Shown here: one piece after another, positions 8,014 through 17,029 of the stretch
Layout of the letters: each line of letters starts with the position of its first letter
Numbering within the stretch: position 1 is the first letter of the stretch
Assembly (NCBI GenBank): GCA_963977445.1
Contig: CAXBPH010000140.1
Coordinates: forward strand, 1 to 17,622
Reading direction: 5' to 3'
DNA from: an uncultured bacterium
GTDB lineage: Bacteria > Hydrogenedentota > Hydrogenedentia > Hydrogenedentales > JAEUWI01
Length of the DNA stretch: 17,622 bases
Program-made: the position numbers and the translations under genes
Notes under the pieces: generated by a model
Told to the model about the DNA's origin: nothing
What the model saw: the letters and a program-made list of their open reading frames with translations, nothing else
Database searches by the model: none

Positions 8014-10668
8014 TCATTCCCTCGGCCGATTCAGCAAATGCTTCAGCCGATACAACATGTCGTGCGCCTCTCGTGGTGATAGGGCGTCGGGGTCGATGCC
8101 TTCGAGTTCTTTTTCTACTTTGCTGGGCTCGCCCATGGCGGTGGGGCCAAATAAATAGGTCTGCTCCGGGAGGCCCACGGCGGCGGTGTTGCCGGATTCG
8201 AGGCCTTCGAGGATTTCCCGGGCGCGGGCGAGGAGGCTGGGGGGGAGGCCGGCCAGTTTGGCCACCTGGATGCCGTAGCTGTGGTCGGCGCCGCCGTCGA
8301 TGATGCGGTAGAGGAAGATGACTTTGTCACCGAGTTCGCGGACGGCTACGTTGACGTTTTTCGCGTGTTCGAGCTTGTTGCCGAGGTCGGTGAGCTCGTG
8401 GTAGTGGGTGGCGAAGAGGGCCTTGGACTTGAGGCGGTCGTGGATGAATTCGGCGACGGACCAGGCGATGCTGATGCCGTCGAAGGTGCTCGTGCCGCGG
8501 CCAATTTCGTCGAGGACCAGCAGGCTGTTTTCGGTGGCGGAGTTGAGGATGTTGGCCGTCTCGATCATCTCGACCATGAAGGTACTCTCGCCCCGCACGA
8601 GGTTATCCGATGCGCCGACGCGGGTGAAGATGCGGTCCACCACGCCGATGTGGGCCCGCGACGCCGGCACGAAGCTGCCCATCTGGGCCATGAGGGTGAT
8701 GAGGGCCACCTGGCGGAGGTAGGTCGATTTACCGGCCATGTTGGGCCCCGTCACAATCTGCAACGACGCCCCGCCCCGTTCCAGGCGCGTGTCATTGGGC
8801 ACGAAGTCGCCCCGGTGCATGAGGTCTTCCACCACGGGGTGACGGCCATCCACAATATCGATGTCGCCCTCGGTGTTGACCTGGGGCTTGGTGTAGTTTT
8901 TCGTTACGGCCACTTCCGCCAAGGCCAGGATCACATCGAGAGAGGCCAGGGCGTCGGCCGTCTGCTGGATGCGGCGGTATTCCCCGGCCACCTGTTGGCG
9001 CAGCGCCACGAAGAGCTGGTGCTCCAGCGACTGCATTTTGTCCTGGGCCGTGAGGATTTCCTCCTCCCGCTCCTTCAGCCCCACCGTGATATAGCGCTCC
9101 GCATTCACCAGGGTCTGCTTGCGCTCAAAATCATCGGGAACGAGGTGGGCGTTGCCCTTGCTCACCTCCAGATAATAGCCAAAGACCTTGTTGTAGCCCA
9201 CCTTGAGATTGTTGATGCCCGTGCGCTGGCGCTCATCCGCCTGGAGGGTGGCAATCCAATCGCGACCCCCACGGACGAGGCCCAGGAGGCGATCCAAATC
9301 GGGGTCGTAGCCATCCTTAAAAATGTTGCCTTCGGTGATCGACAAGGGCGGCTCGTCGACGATGGCTGCTTCAATCCAACCGGACACATCGGTCAGCGGA
9401 TCGAGTTGCTGGCGCAATTGACCGAGCAGGTCGGCCTCGATGTTGGCCAGGGCTTCGAGAACGCGGGGCAGACGCAAGAGCGAATAGCCCAGGGATTTCA
9501 GATCGCGCCCATTGCCCGACTTGGCCGTGAGACGCCCCAGGAGGCGCTCCAGATCGGCCACGCCCTTGAGGGCCTCCCGCAGTTCCAGGCGGAGCTGGGT
9601 GTTTTCAAAGCATTCTTCCACCGCATTGAGTCGCGCCTGGATGGCCTCCACCGTGAGGAGGGGGTGGAGTATCCACTGGCGAAGTTTGCGGCCCCCCATG
9701 CTGGTGAGGGTCTTGTCGAGGACGCCCAACAAGGTGCCCCGCTTCGTCTTCTCCGCGAGGGAGGTGATGAGCTCCAGATTGCGCTGGGTGTTGCCATCTA
9801 AAATGACAAAACCCGAGGGATTATAGCGTCGGGGCATCTGGATATGGGGCACCCGATCACGCTGGGTTTCCTTCACATACGTGAGGATGGCCCCGGCACA
9901 GGCCGTCGCCGCCGGGGCATCATCCAGCCCGATGCCCTTGAGGCTGCTGAGCTGAAAGAGCTCCGAAATCTGCTCTCGACAATAGGTGGTTTCAAAATCT
10001 TCATCTTTTCGCAGGGTAAAAGAGATGGCGGGGAAATTAAAGCGCAGGCGCTCGAGAAGCGTCGGGTTTAGCGCACCCGGCACCAACACCTCCACCGGCG
10101 CCACACGGACCAATTCATCCGTCAGAATCCGCTCCAGCCCCACCGCCAACGCGCCCGATTCACCATGGACCTCCGCCACCAGGAATTCGCCCGTGGACAC
10201 ATCCATAAACGAAAGGCCGCCCACCGTGTGATTCGCCGTGATGGCGCCCAGGTAGTTGTTCGCCGATTCATCCAGCAGTTCCGGTTCCATGATGGTGCCC
10301 GGCGTCACCGTGCGGACGATTTCCCGCTTTACGATGCCCTTGACGTCCTTGGGGTTCTCCATCTGCTCGCAGATAGAGATGGTGCGGCCGAGCTTGATGG
10401 CCTTGGCGATGTAGGTGTCCACCGCGCGGACGGGAACGCCACACATGGGCACCCGGGCCACCTTATCGGCCCCATCCCGCGAGGTGAGCGAAAGGCCGAG
10501 CAATTCCGCCGCTTCCACCGCATCCTCAAAGAAGAGCTCATAAAAGTCGCCCATCCGAAAAAAGAGGAGAGAATCCGGTGCCAACGCCTTGGCCTCCATA
10601 AACTGGCGAACCATAGGCGTGACTTGTTTCGGGGTAACGTCGCTTAATTTTATCCACGTGTGAGCCAT
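8014..10668 (-). CDS. mutS: DNA mismatch repair protein MutS
   Basis: TPMVRQF, FFRMGDFYELFFEDA (Phe-X-Glu mismatch motif), TGPNMAGKSTYLRQ, IFTRVGASDNL..GESTFMVEM, DEIGRGTST, FATHYHEL, SYGIQVAKLAGLP, and a clamp-binding-like QTYLF. Confidence 0.99.
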   Translation of the reverse strand: MAHTWIKLSDVTPKQVTPMVRQFMEAKALAPDSLLFFRMGDFYELFFEDAVEAAELLGLSLTSRDGADKVARVPMCGVPVRAVDTYIAKAIKLGRTISICEQMENPKDVKGIVKREIVRTVTPGTIMEPELLDESANNYLGAITANHTVGGLSFMDVSTGEFLVAEVHGESGALAVGLERILTDELVRVAPVEVLVPGALNPTLLERLRFNFPAISFTLRKDEDFETTYCREQISELFQLSSLKGIGLDDAPAATACAGAILTYVKETQRDRVPHIQMPRRYNPSGFVILDGNTQRNLELITSLAEKTKRGTLLGVLDKTLTSMGGRKLRQWILHPLLTVEAIQARLNAVEECFENTQLRLELREALKGVADLERLLGRLTAKSGNGRDLKSLGYSLLRLPRVLEALANIEADLLGQLRQQLDPLTDVSGWIEAAIVDEPPLSITEGNIFKDGYDPDLDRLLGLVRGGRDWIATLQADERQRTGINNLKVGYNKVFGYYLEVSKGNAHLVPDDFERKQTLVNAERYITVGLKEREEEILTAQDKMQSLEHQLFVALRQQVAGEYRRIQQTADALASLDVILALAEVAVTKNYTKPQVNTEGDIDIVDGRHPVVEDLMHRGDFVPNDTRLERGGASLQIVTGPNMAGKSTYLRQVALITLMAQMGSFVPASRAHIGVVDRIFTRVGASDNLVRGESTFMVEMIETANILNSATENSLLVLDEIGRGTSTFDGISIAWSVAEFIHDRLKSKALFATHYHELTDLGNKLEHAKNVNVAVRELGDKVIFLYRIIDGGADHSYGIQVAKLAGLPPSLLARAREILEGLESGNTAAVGLPEQTYLFGPTAMGEPSKVEKELEGIDPDALSPREAHDMLYRLKHLLNRPRE

Positions 10669-10901
10669 AGCCGCCCATTATATCGCGCCCGAGGGCGCAT
10701 TGTGAATGTTGAATGCGCGAAGCGTCCGCCGCAGGTGGAAGTGGATGGATCGAGACAGCGGGAAAAGGTGGTGTTTCAGGGATGGCAGGCTTCCAGAAAT
10801 GACTTGGGCAATTGTGCCAATCGGGATGTCATTCCCGCGCACGGGGCTGTTGATCTACTGTGCGGAGTACGAATAAATCCTACCAACCAGTATTTAGCGC
10901 C

Positions 10902-11343
10902 CACAGCGTCATTCCCGCGCAGGCGGGAATCCAGTAGGTATGCACGGTTTCTGTGACCGCGTTACTGGATCCCCGCGTTCGCGAGGATGACGGACCTCCA
11001 AAATCGACTTGAACAGTTGTGCGAACTGCGATGAAGCGAAGTAACTGTCGGGGTGCCACGGACAAGCCCCCAGGGCTTGCCCGTGCAGAAACGGAACTGG
11101 GCTATGGCTTTGCCGCAGAGTTTACCCACACGAAACACAGCGTCCTTCCCGCGCACGCGGGAAACCAGCGGGTATCCTCGGTTCCTGTGTTCGCGTTGCT
11201 GGATCCCCGCGTTCGCGAGGATGACGGACTGCGGGAGACGACTCGGGCAATTACGCAATCCGTGAAGGCGCGAAATAACCGTCGGGGTGCCACGGACAAG
11301 CCCCCAGGGCTTGCCCGTGCAGAAACGTGATGGGCTATGGCTT
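10902..11343. repeat. Two tandem 234-bp-period composite REP-like units, each an inverted REP pair plus a second hairpin family
   Basis: Units start at 10902 and 11136. CGTCATTCCCGCGCAGGCGGGAATCCAGTA (10907-10936) is inverted to TACTGGATCCCCGCGTTCGCGAGGATGACG (10963-10992). A 47-bp block is identical at 11047-11093 and 11281-11327. A partial extra REP lies at 10828-10846. Confidence 0.92.
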
Positions 11344-11486
11344 GAGGCAGGAAATCGTAGCTGGGGGCCTCTCAAAAACGACACCCACACGAATGACCCA
11401 ACGCCACCAGAGGCACTCGCAAACCCGGTCCCTTGGCTCGTCCCGCCCACAAGCCATTGTCCGATCAATATGCAAAAGATAAAAAT

Positions 11487-11557
11487 TTGAATCGAAATAC
11501 CAAAATTGCGTATATAATTAAATTCGAAGTTGCAATACACCTATCATTTCATATTCT
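11487..11557 (+). promoter_or_regulatory. AT-rich region with candidate sigma70 promoter(s) for the WYL gene
   Basis: TTGAAT (11487) with TATATAAT (11511-11518); alternatively TTGCAA (11530)-N16-TATTCT (11552). Confidence 0.45.
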
Positions 11558-11586
11558 GCAATCTTCATCGCATAGAATCGGGGGAC

Positions 11587-12600
11587 ATGTTGGCTAAAAA
11601 GCGCAATCCAGACGCCACGGCGGCGATGAAGGCCCTGACTATTTATAGTCTGCTGATCTTCTCCGGCCGTCGTTACTCCCTCACTGAGCTCACCGAGTTG
11701 CTGTGCTGTTCCAAGCCGACCGTTACCCGGGCCATTCTGCAAATCGAAGTCACGCCCGGCCTCCACGTCAAAATTGATGTCGAAAAAGAGGGGCGGCAGC
11801 ACTATTACCGCGCTGTGCGCCCCGAAACCAAGCCCAACGTATCCCTCGAAGCCAAGGCCATTCAGGATCTCGCCCTCTGCCGCGATATGCTCACCCACCT
11901 GCTGCCGCCACAACTCCGGCAAGAAATCGGGGCCACCATCCACCAGACCACCGTCCTGCTCGACGACTTCGACGCACGGGAAGCGGCCCTCGCCCCCGTC
12001 ACCCTGGCCCTCGCCAAAGGTGCGGTGGATTACAGCGCCCATCAGGATATCCTCGCCACCGTCCTTGAAGGCCTGCGGCAACACCGCATCGTCGACGTGA
12101 CCTACACCGCACACCACCGCGCGGAGGGCAAGTCCATGGCCGTCGCCCCCCTCCAGTTGGTGACCCATCGCGACAGCCTCTACCTCAAGGCCCGCCGCGA
12201 GAAAGACCTGGGGCTGAAAAACGGATTCTACGACCCCACGCTGGCCATTCACCGCATCGAAACGGCCACCCTGTCCGACCGCGAGTTTACCCCGCCCAAG
12301 GCCAAGAAGAAAGACGCCTACAGCGTCTTCGGCTTCATGCCCGGGGAGCAATTCACGGTCGTCGTCGAGGCCGAAGCCCGCGTCGTGCCCTACCTGAAAG
12401 AACGCACCTGGAGCCACGATCAGGAATTTGAAGATTTAGAAGACGGCCGCGTGAAGCTGACCTTCTGCGCCACCAGTGAAGACGAAGTGGTGAGCTGGGT
12501 ACTGGGCTTCGCGGGGCAGATGGTGTTGGTGGAGCCGGTGGGGGTGAGGGAGAAGATCGGGAAGTGTGGGATGCTAACGGCAAATCAGCATCAAGAGTGA
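11587..12600 (+). CDS. WYL-domain transcriptional regulator (wHTH-WYL-WCX)
   Basis: N-terminal HTH YSLTELTELLCCSKPTVTRAI; WYL domain VDVTY...VAPLQLVTHRDSLYLKA...LAIHRIETATLSDREF; WCX domain DGRVKLTF...EVVSWVLGFAGQMVLVEP. ATG 11587 is preceded by GGGGA. Confidence 0.92.
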   Translation: MLAKKRNPDATAAMKALTIYSLLIFSGRRYSLTELTELLCCSKPTVTRAILQIEVTPGLHVKIDVEKEGRQHYYRAVRPETKPNVSLEAKAIQDLALCRDMLTHLLPPQLRQEIGATIHQTTVLLDDFDAREAALAPVTLALAKGAVDYSAHQDILATVLEGLRQHRIVDVTYTAHHRAEGKSMAVAPLQLVTHRDSLYLKARREKDLGLKNGFYDPTLAIHRIETATLSDREFTPPKAKKKDAYSVFGFMPGEQFTVVVEAEARVVPYLKERTWSHDQEFEDLEDGRVKLTFCATSEDEVVSWVLGFAGQMVLVEPVGVREKIGKCGMLTANQHQE

Positions 12601-12611
12601 ATGTAGACAAG

Positions 12612-12627
12612 ATGTTATATCTAACAT
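12612..12627. promoter_or_regulatory. Palindromic operator candidate between the WYL gene and the downstream cassette
   Basis: Perfect inverted repeat ATGTTA-TATC-TAACAT in a 44-bp AT-rich intergenic gap, next to a -35-like TAGACA (12604-12609). Confidence 0.45.
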
Positions 12628-12644
12628 TGTAGAGGACCAGCAAG

Positions 12645-13091
12645 ATGGAAATACCGCCCTCCGCCACAAATAAGGCAATAGAGTTACTACAAAATAATCC
12701 CAAAAAGGAACTTGCCAACATGGGTGCTGTTGTAAAAAGTAACCCAAAAGCTATCGGAATTCGAGAAAAGTGGGGCAGCATTGTGGCATACCTTACCTCT
12801 TCGGACGTGCCTCTGAGGAAGAGAGCGATAATACTCGGCGGGATATTATGGGTGATACTACCCGACCCAATTCTTGGACCAATAGATGATTTCGTGGTTT
12901 CTATGGCCTTACTTCCATGGCTTGATTCCGAGCTCAAACGGTTCGCGTCCGGCCATTATTCCAAAGCTCCCACATCTGCAACTGGGTCAACCGATGTAAG
13001 CCCCTCGGATTTGATTCCTTCCAACGCCACGACAGACAGACCCCAAGCGTACCCTTTCCTTATTAGCGACGAAGAATTGGAGCGTTACTAG
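12645..13091 (+). CDS. DUF1232/YkvA-like membrane protein
   Basis: VPLRKRAIILGGILWVILPDPILGPIDDFVV resembles the YkvA P-D-x-I-x-G-x-x-DD motif. GAGGA lies upstream, and there is a Ser/Thr-rich C-terminal tail. Confidence 0.75.
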   Translation: MEIPPSATNKAIELLQNNPKKELANMGAVVKSNPKAIGIREKWGSIVAYLTSSDVPLRKRAIILGGILWVILPDPILGPIDDFVVSMALLPWLDSELKRFASGHYSKAPTSATGSTDVSPSDLIPSNATTDRPQAYPFLISDEELERY

Positions 13092-13092
13092 A

Positions 13093-14823
13093 ATGAGTAT
13101 ACTATTGGATAAGCGCATTGAAATATCCTTCAGAAAAGCGGATTCTATTGCAGCAATCGGCTCCGACTGGGGCATAAATATTTCTGATAGAATCGCGATG
13201 CTCCGCAAAAGAATAGAAAGACCGGAATTCAAGTTAGCCATTGTCGGTCGATTCAAAACGGGTAAATCCACGCTCATCAATGCAATGTTGGGGGAGGAGA
13301 TATTACCATACGACGTTTTGCCCTGCAGTGCATGTGAGGTATACATCCGAAATGGGCCCTCTCAAGCGCTTCGAATTGAAGCCGCAGACGGCACTCTACA
13401 GAGTGCTCCCATCACCTCCTTGAATCAGCATGTCGCTGTCGGCGGTTCAGAACTTGCCAGGCGTGCGGAGCTTGAAGTCCCCAGCGAATTTCTGGAAAGG
13501 GGCATTTGTCTCATAGATACACCTGGTTTTGATGACGTGGACCAGACACGAAGTGAAGTCGTCTACAGCGTATTGCCTGACGCTGACGCAGTTATCATGG
13601 TATTCGACGCGACGGCGATAGGAAGCACGGAAGAACAGTTTCTTCGGGAGCGAGTGTTCAAGTCAACGCTCTCTCGATACATCTTCGTGCTCAACAAGAT
13701 CGATTTGATCGACGAATCTGATCGCGATGAAGTAGTTCAATACCTTCGCAGCTTACTTAGCCCACATGTACCCGTACCACTGATCGTTTGCCTGTCGGCT
13801 CAGACGCATTTGCAGGGAATCGGCTCACCTATACCTGCGGCGAAAAATGCTGATAGGTCCGAAGGTTTTTCCTACCGAGGCGTTGAGGGCCTTGTGTCGT
13901 TGATTAATACAGAAATTATGGGTAAGAGCGAAGAGATTATGGCTCGGGTGCTAGATTCCGAAATTCTTGGTATGAAGGAATCGCTCGCTGACCAGTTTGC
14001 CATGCTGAAAGACAGTATCGTTCGTAGCGACGAAGAGATCAGTCATAAAGTTACGCAAATTCAGGTCCAGTACAAGGAACTCGAAGGCGCTGCGGCTCGT
14101 GAGGAAGAACAGTCGCTCCACGAATTGGAAGACATACTTAATGGTTCTCAGCAGCGACTGATGGGATTTGTCTCAAAATACAAACTCGCACTCTATGACA
14201 ACATTATTAATGCTGATGCCGCGTCGCTTAGGAGGCCGGGTATGATGGAGCGTTGTATTGAAAAACAGTTCAAAGACTGGCTGGAAAATGAAGCTTCGCT
14301 GCTGGAGAACAAATTGACCGAAGTCTTTCACGAGTTTGACCGTCGAATGCATCCTCACCAGCTTAACTGCATTTCTCAATATGGGCAAGGCGATCTTGCG
14401 ATGGAGAAAGCCAATATTCAGGATGATGCCATCATGCCAGCACTCATGCTCGGTGGCTGGCTGGTTCTAGGGTGGACAAACTTCATTGTGCTTGCGGCTG
14501 CGTCCCATTTTGGCGGCGATTTCATAAAACAACAGCTTGCGCAACTCATAAATAACGAGGATGGACAAAAACATGAGTACGCACAACGTGTCACAGAGAG
14601 TCTACCCGCACTAGGCGACAAACTTTTCGAATCTATAGCGCAAAAAATCAGCGACGAATTCAAGCAACGTCTTGGAGCTCGAACACGGGAGCCCTTGGAG
14701 CAACTGGAAGCCCAAAAAAAACTTCTGAAGCATGCAAGAGTAGCCTCTGGCGAACGAAAGATTACACAGGAAGCCAAGTTAGAAAAACTGAACAAAGACA
14801 TCGAGCGTTTGGCAACCGTGTGA
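13093..14823 (+). CDS. Bacterial dynamin-like GTPase (DLP), copy 1
   Basis: G1 VGRFKTGKSTLINAMLG, G2 region LPCSA, G3 IDTPG, G4 FVLNKID, a long helical trunk, and a short hydrophobic paddle IMPALMLGGWLVLGWTNFIVLAAA. Confidence 0.92.
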   Translation: MSILLDKRIEISFRKADSIAAIGSDWGINISDRIAMLRKRIERPEFKLAIVGRFKTGKSTLINAMLGEEILPYDVLPCSACEVYIRNGPSQALRIEAADGTLQSAPITSLNQHVAVGGSELARRAELEVPSEFLERGICLIDTPGFDDVDQTRSEVVYSVLPDADAVIMVFDATAIGSTEEQFLRERVFKSTLSRYIFVLNKIDLIDESDRDEVVQYLRSLLSPHVPVPLIVCLSAQTHLQGIGSPIPAAKNADRSEGFSYRGVEGLVSLINTEIMGKSEEIMARVLDSEILGMKESLADQFAMLKDSIVRSDEEISHKVTQIQVQYKELEGAAAREEEQSLHELEDILNGSQQRLMGFVSKYKLALYDNIINADAASLRRPGMMERCIEKQFKDWLENEASLLENKLTEVFHEFDRRMHPHQLNCISQYGQGDLAMEKANIQDDAIMPALMLGGWLVLGWTNFIVLAAASHFGGDFIKQQLAQLINNEDGQKHEYAQRVTESLPALGDKLFESIAQKISDEFKQRLGARTREPLEQLEAQKKLLKHARVASGERKITQEAKLEKLNKDIERLATV

Positions 14824-14851
14824 TTGCGCAGACAAAACCGGGAGAAATTGA

Positions 14852-16768
14852 ATGCTATTGAAGTGCTATGCAGAAGGTGTACGTGTCATACAAGACGCCG
14901 TTGCCCAGCTAATCCCCATACTGGACGATCTTGGCTTGAGCACCGAGGCTCAGAGTGTAAGTGCCAGCTTCGATTCGATGTCCGCGAATGAATTCAATAT
15001 TGTGATAGTCGGGCAACTCAAACGCGGAAAATCGACGCTAGTAAACGCACTTCTGAGGAAACCAAACCTCATGCCGGAGGGCGTTATACCGACAAGTTCC
15101 GCGATTGTACGTATCAGGAATGGAAAAAAAGAAGAGGCCGTAGTGCGATACCTCGACGGAGAGTCCGAGACCATAACGCTCGACTCCTTGGAGCAGTTCT
15201 GCGTCGAGAAGTACAATAAGAAGAACAAGAAAGGTGTTGCCAGCATTGACGTGGAGCTGATGCATCCATGGCTGGCCGGGGGGGCCCGAGTGATTGACAC
15301 CCCAGGGAATGGTTCCGCTGAGGCCCACCACGACGCTCTTGTTATGGATGCGATCCGTCAGGCCCACGTGGCGGTCTTCGTCTTTACTGCGGACAAGCCT
15401 ATCAGCGGTGGCGAGAAACGGCTCTTGGAAGAGATTAAGAATGTCGGCCCCCAGAAAATCTTGTTTGTGCTCAATATGAAAGACCGATTGTCCTCAGAGG
15501 ACGAGGTCCAGAGGGTGATTGAGCACAATAAGGGGGTCATCGCGAAAATGTCCGTTTTTCACGAATCGGAATACCTTGAGTTTATAGGTGTATCATCCCG
15601 ATTGGCAAATAGGAATATCGAGAACGGTGACGAGCCGGAGTGTTCTTCTGGATTTTTTGTATTGGAAAAGCGAATAGAGTCTATTGTCAATAGAACTTCG
15701 ATGGCGCTCTATTCAGTAGAGCTAATGACAAATCGATTGCTCGCTAGTACCAACCAAGTGGTTCAAGTAGTTCAGAGCCAAGAACAGCTTGCAGCCAAAA
15801 CGACAGAGGAATTGGATCGCCGTCTGTTGGAACTCGACGCCAAGGAAAAAGAGCTCCATGTGGGGCATGTCCAAATGCAAGACGATCTCAAGAAGACATG
15901 GAAGACTATCAAAAAAGAGGTAAAGGAAAAATTCCTGGAAAAGGATAAAAATCTAAAAAACTCGGTAGGTAGTCTAGAGAGCGCGGACTTCAAAGTGTTT
16001 AAAAAGAAATTGAAAAGCGAAGCTGAGGAGGCACAAGAAGCTCTTCAAAATAAGATTCCAGAGGAGGTAGGAAGGATTGTCAGTAACAAAATCGGACCTG
16101 CTTTGGAGAAGATTTACAAGAACCTTCAAAAAGAGCAGGAAGAAATTGACGAGGAATTTCTCGACGACTTGTTCGGAGATCGATCGTTTGATACCTCTGC
16201 CTCGACGAGTCCAGATTTGGGGCCCTTATTGGGGACGTTTGTATCCGCAGCAACTGGTGTTGGTCTCGGTGCTTGGTGGGCGAGTATGTACTTTTTCGCG
16301 CCGGGATTGTTTGCTTGGGTATCTGGGGGTATTTCTACTGCACTTTTCGGGGGCTTGACCTTTTCTGTTCCGCTTATATTTACTGGACTTGGTGCCATTC
16401 TTGCCGTTCTCGCCGTTCCCGGATTTCTCATATGGGGATGGAAAAAAAAGAAGGCGAAGCTTATTGATGATTTTGCGTCCGAGTACAAAAAGATGTTAAT
16501 TGACCTCAAAGACAGATTTGAGCAGACCATATATAGGATCGAAGTAAACTCCGATAAGGCGTTGATGGAATTGGCCAAGAAGCAACTTGAACCACATCGC
16601 CAAGCCATAGTTCTTGCCAAGGAGAAGAAAGCTCAACTGCATACGGCGGGTGGTGCCGACTACGAAGCAATTCTTGCTACAATCGAATCGTTACGTTTTA
16701 CGCTGACCACACTTTCTGCTCGGACTAAGGCTGAGCTACCAGATAGAATAAGCATTCCGCCATTGTGA
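14852..16768 (+). CDS. Bacterial dynamin-like GTPase (DLP), copy 2, with a long membrane segment
   Basis: G1 VGQLKRGKSTLVNALL, G2 region IPTSS, G3 IDTPG, G4 variant FVLNMKD, a coiled-coil trunk, and a ~70-aa Gly-rich hydrophobic stretch ending in WKKKK. RBS GGAG at 14841. Confidence 0.92.
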   Translation: MLLKCYAEGVRVIQDAVAQLIPILDDLGLSTEAQSVSASFDSMSANEFNIVIVGQLKRGKSTLVNALLRKPNLMPEGVIPTSSAIVRIRNGKKEEAVVRYLDGESETITLDSLEQFCVEKYNKKNKKGVASIDVELMHPWLAGGARVIDTPGNGSAEAHHDALVMDAIRQAHVAVFVFTADKPISGGEKRLLEEIKNVGPQKILFVLNMKDRLSSEDEVQRVIEHNKGVIAKMSVFHESEYLEFIGVSSRLANRNIENGDEPECSSGFFVLEKRIESIVNRTSMALYSVELMTNRLLASTNQVVQVVQSQEQLAAKTTEELDRRLLELDAKEKELHVGHVQMQDDLKKTWKTIKKEVKEKFLEKDKNLKNSVGSLESADFKVFKKKLKSEAEEAQEALQNKIPEEVGRIVSNKIGPALEKIYKNLQKEQEEIDEEFLDDLFGDRSFDTSASTSPDLGPLLGTFVSAATGVGLGAWWASMYFFAPGLFAWVSGGISTALFGGLTFSVPLIFTGLGAILAVLAVPGFLIWGWKKKKAKLIDDFASEYKKMLIDLKDRFEQTIYRIEVNSDKALMELAKKQLEPHRQAIVLAKEKKAQLHTAGGADYEAILATIESLRFTLTTLSARTKAELPDRISIPPL

Positions 16769-17029
16769 AATAGCGCTCTGGAATCTGTTCCGGTTAACTC
16801 CGTCAAACATGTCGGAGCAAGAACCTTTTCTCGGCAAAAATGCAATCAATTGGAGGTACGTTCGACTCCGTGGCGACCATAACGATTGGCAATATAGCAA
16901 GAGATACCTTTATAGGAAAAAACATCTAACAACCTCATCAGCTGGCACTAATATTTCCGCTTTTAAGGCACACTTCCGATTATGGAAAGTACAGGCCTGT
17001 TCATGTGGATACTCATAGGGAGAAGACAA

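Noticed and set aside
8281..9801. 506-aa plus-strand ORF
   Set aside because: Antisense shadow of mutS caused by codon bias.
10902..11343. CRISPR array
   Set aside because: Only two units, the intervening sequences are homologous rather than unique spacers, the 234-bp period is too long, and no cas genes are present.
10962..11540. ORFs across the repeat region
   Set aside because: Translations merely reflect the GC-rich repeats; no protein-family motifs.
11518..12417. 299-aa minus-strand ORF
   Set aside because: Antisense shadow of the WYL gene.
16442..16449. A8 tract as a phase-variation site (also 363-370)
   Set aside because: Both tracts encode Lys runs in intact frames; no evidence of slippage.
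13093..16768. Assigning gene symbols such as leoA, dynA or crfC
   Set aside because: Family membership is clear, but orthology cannot be established without alignment.
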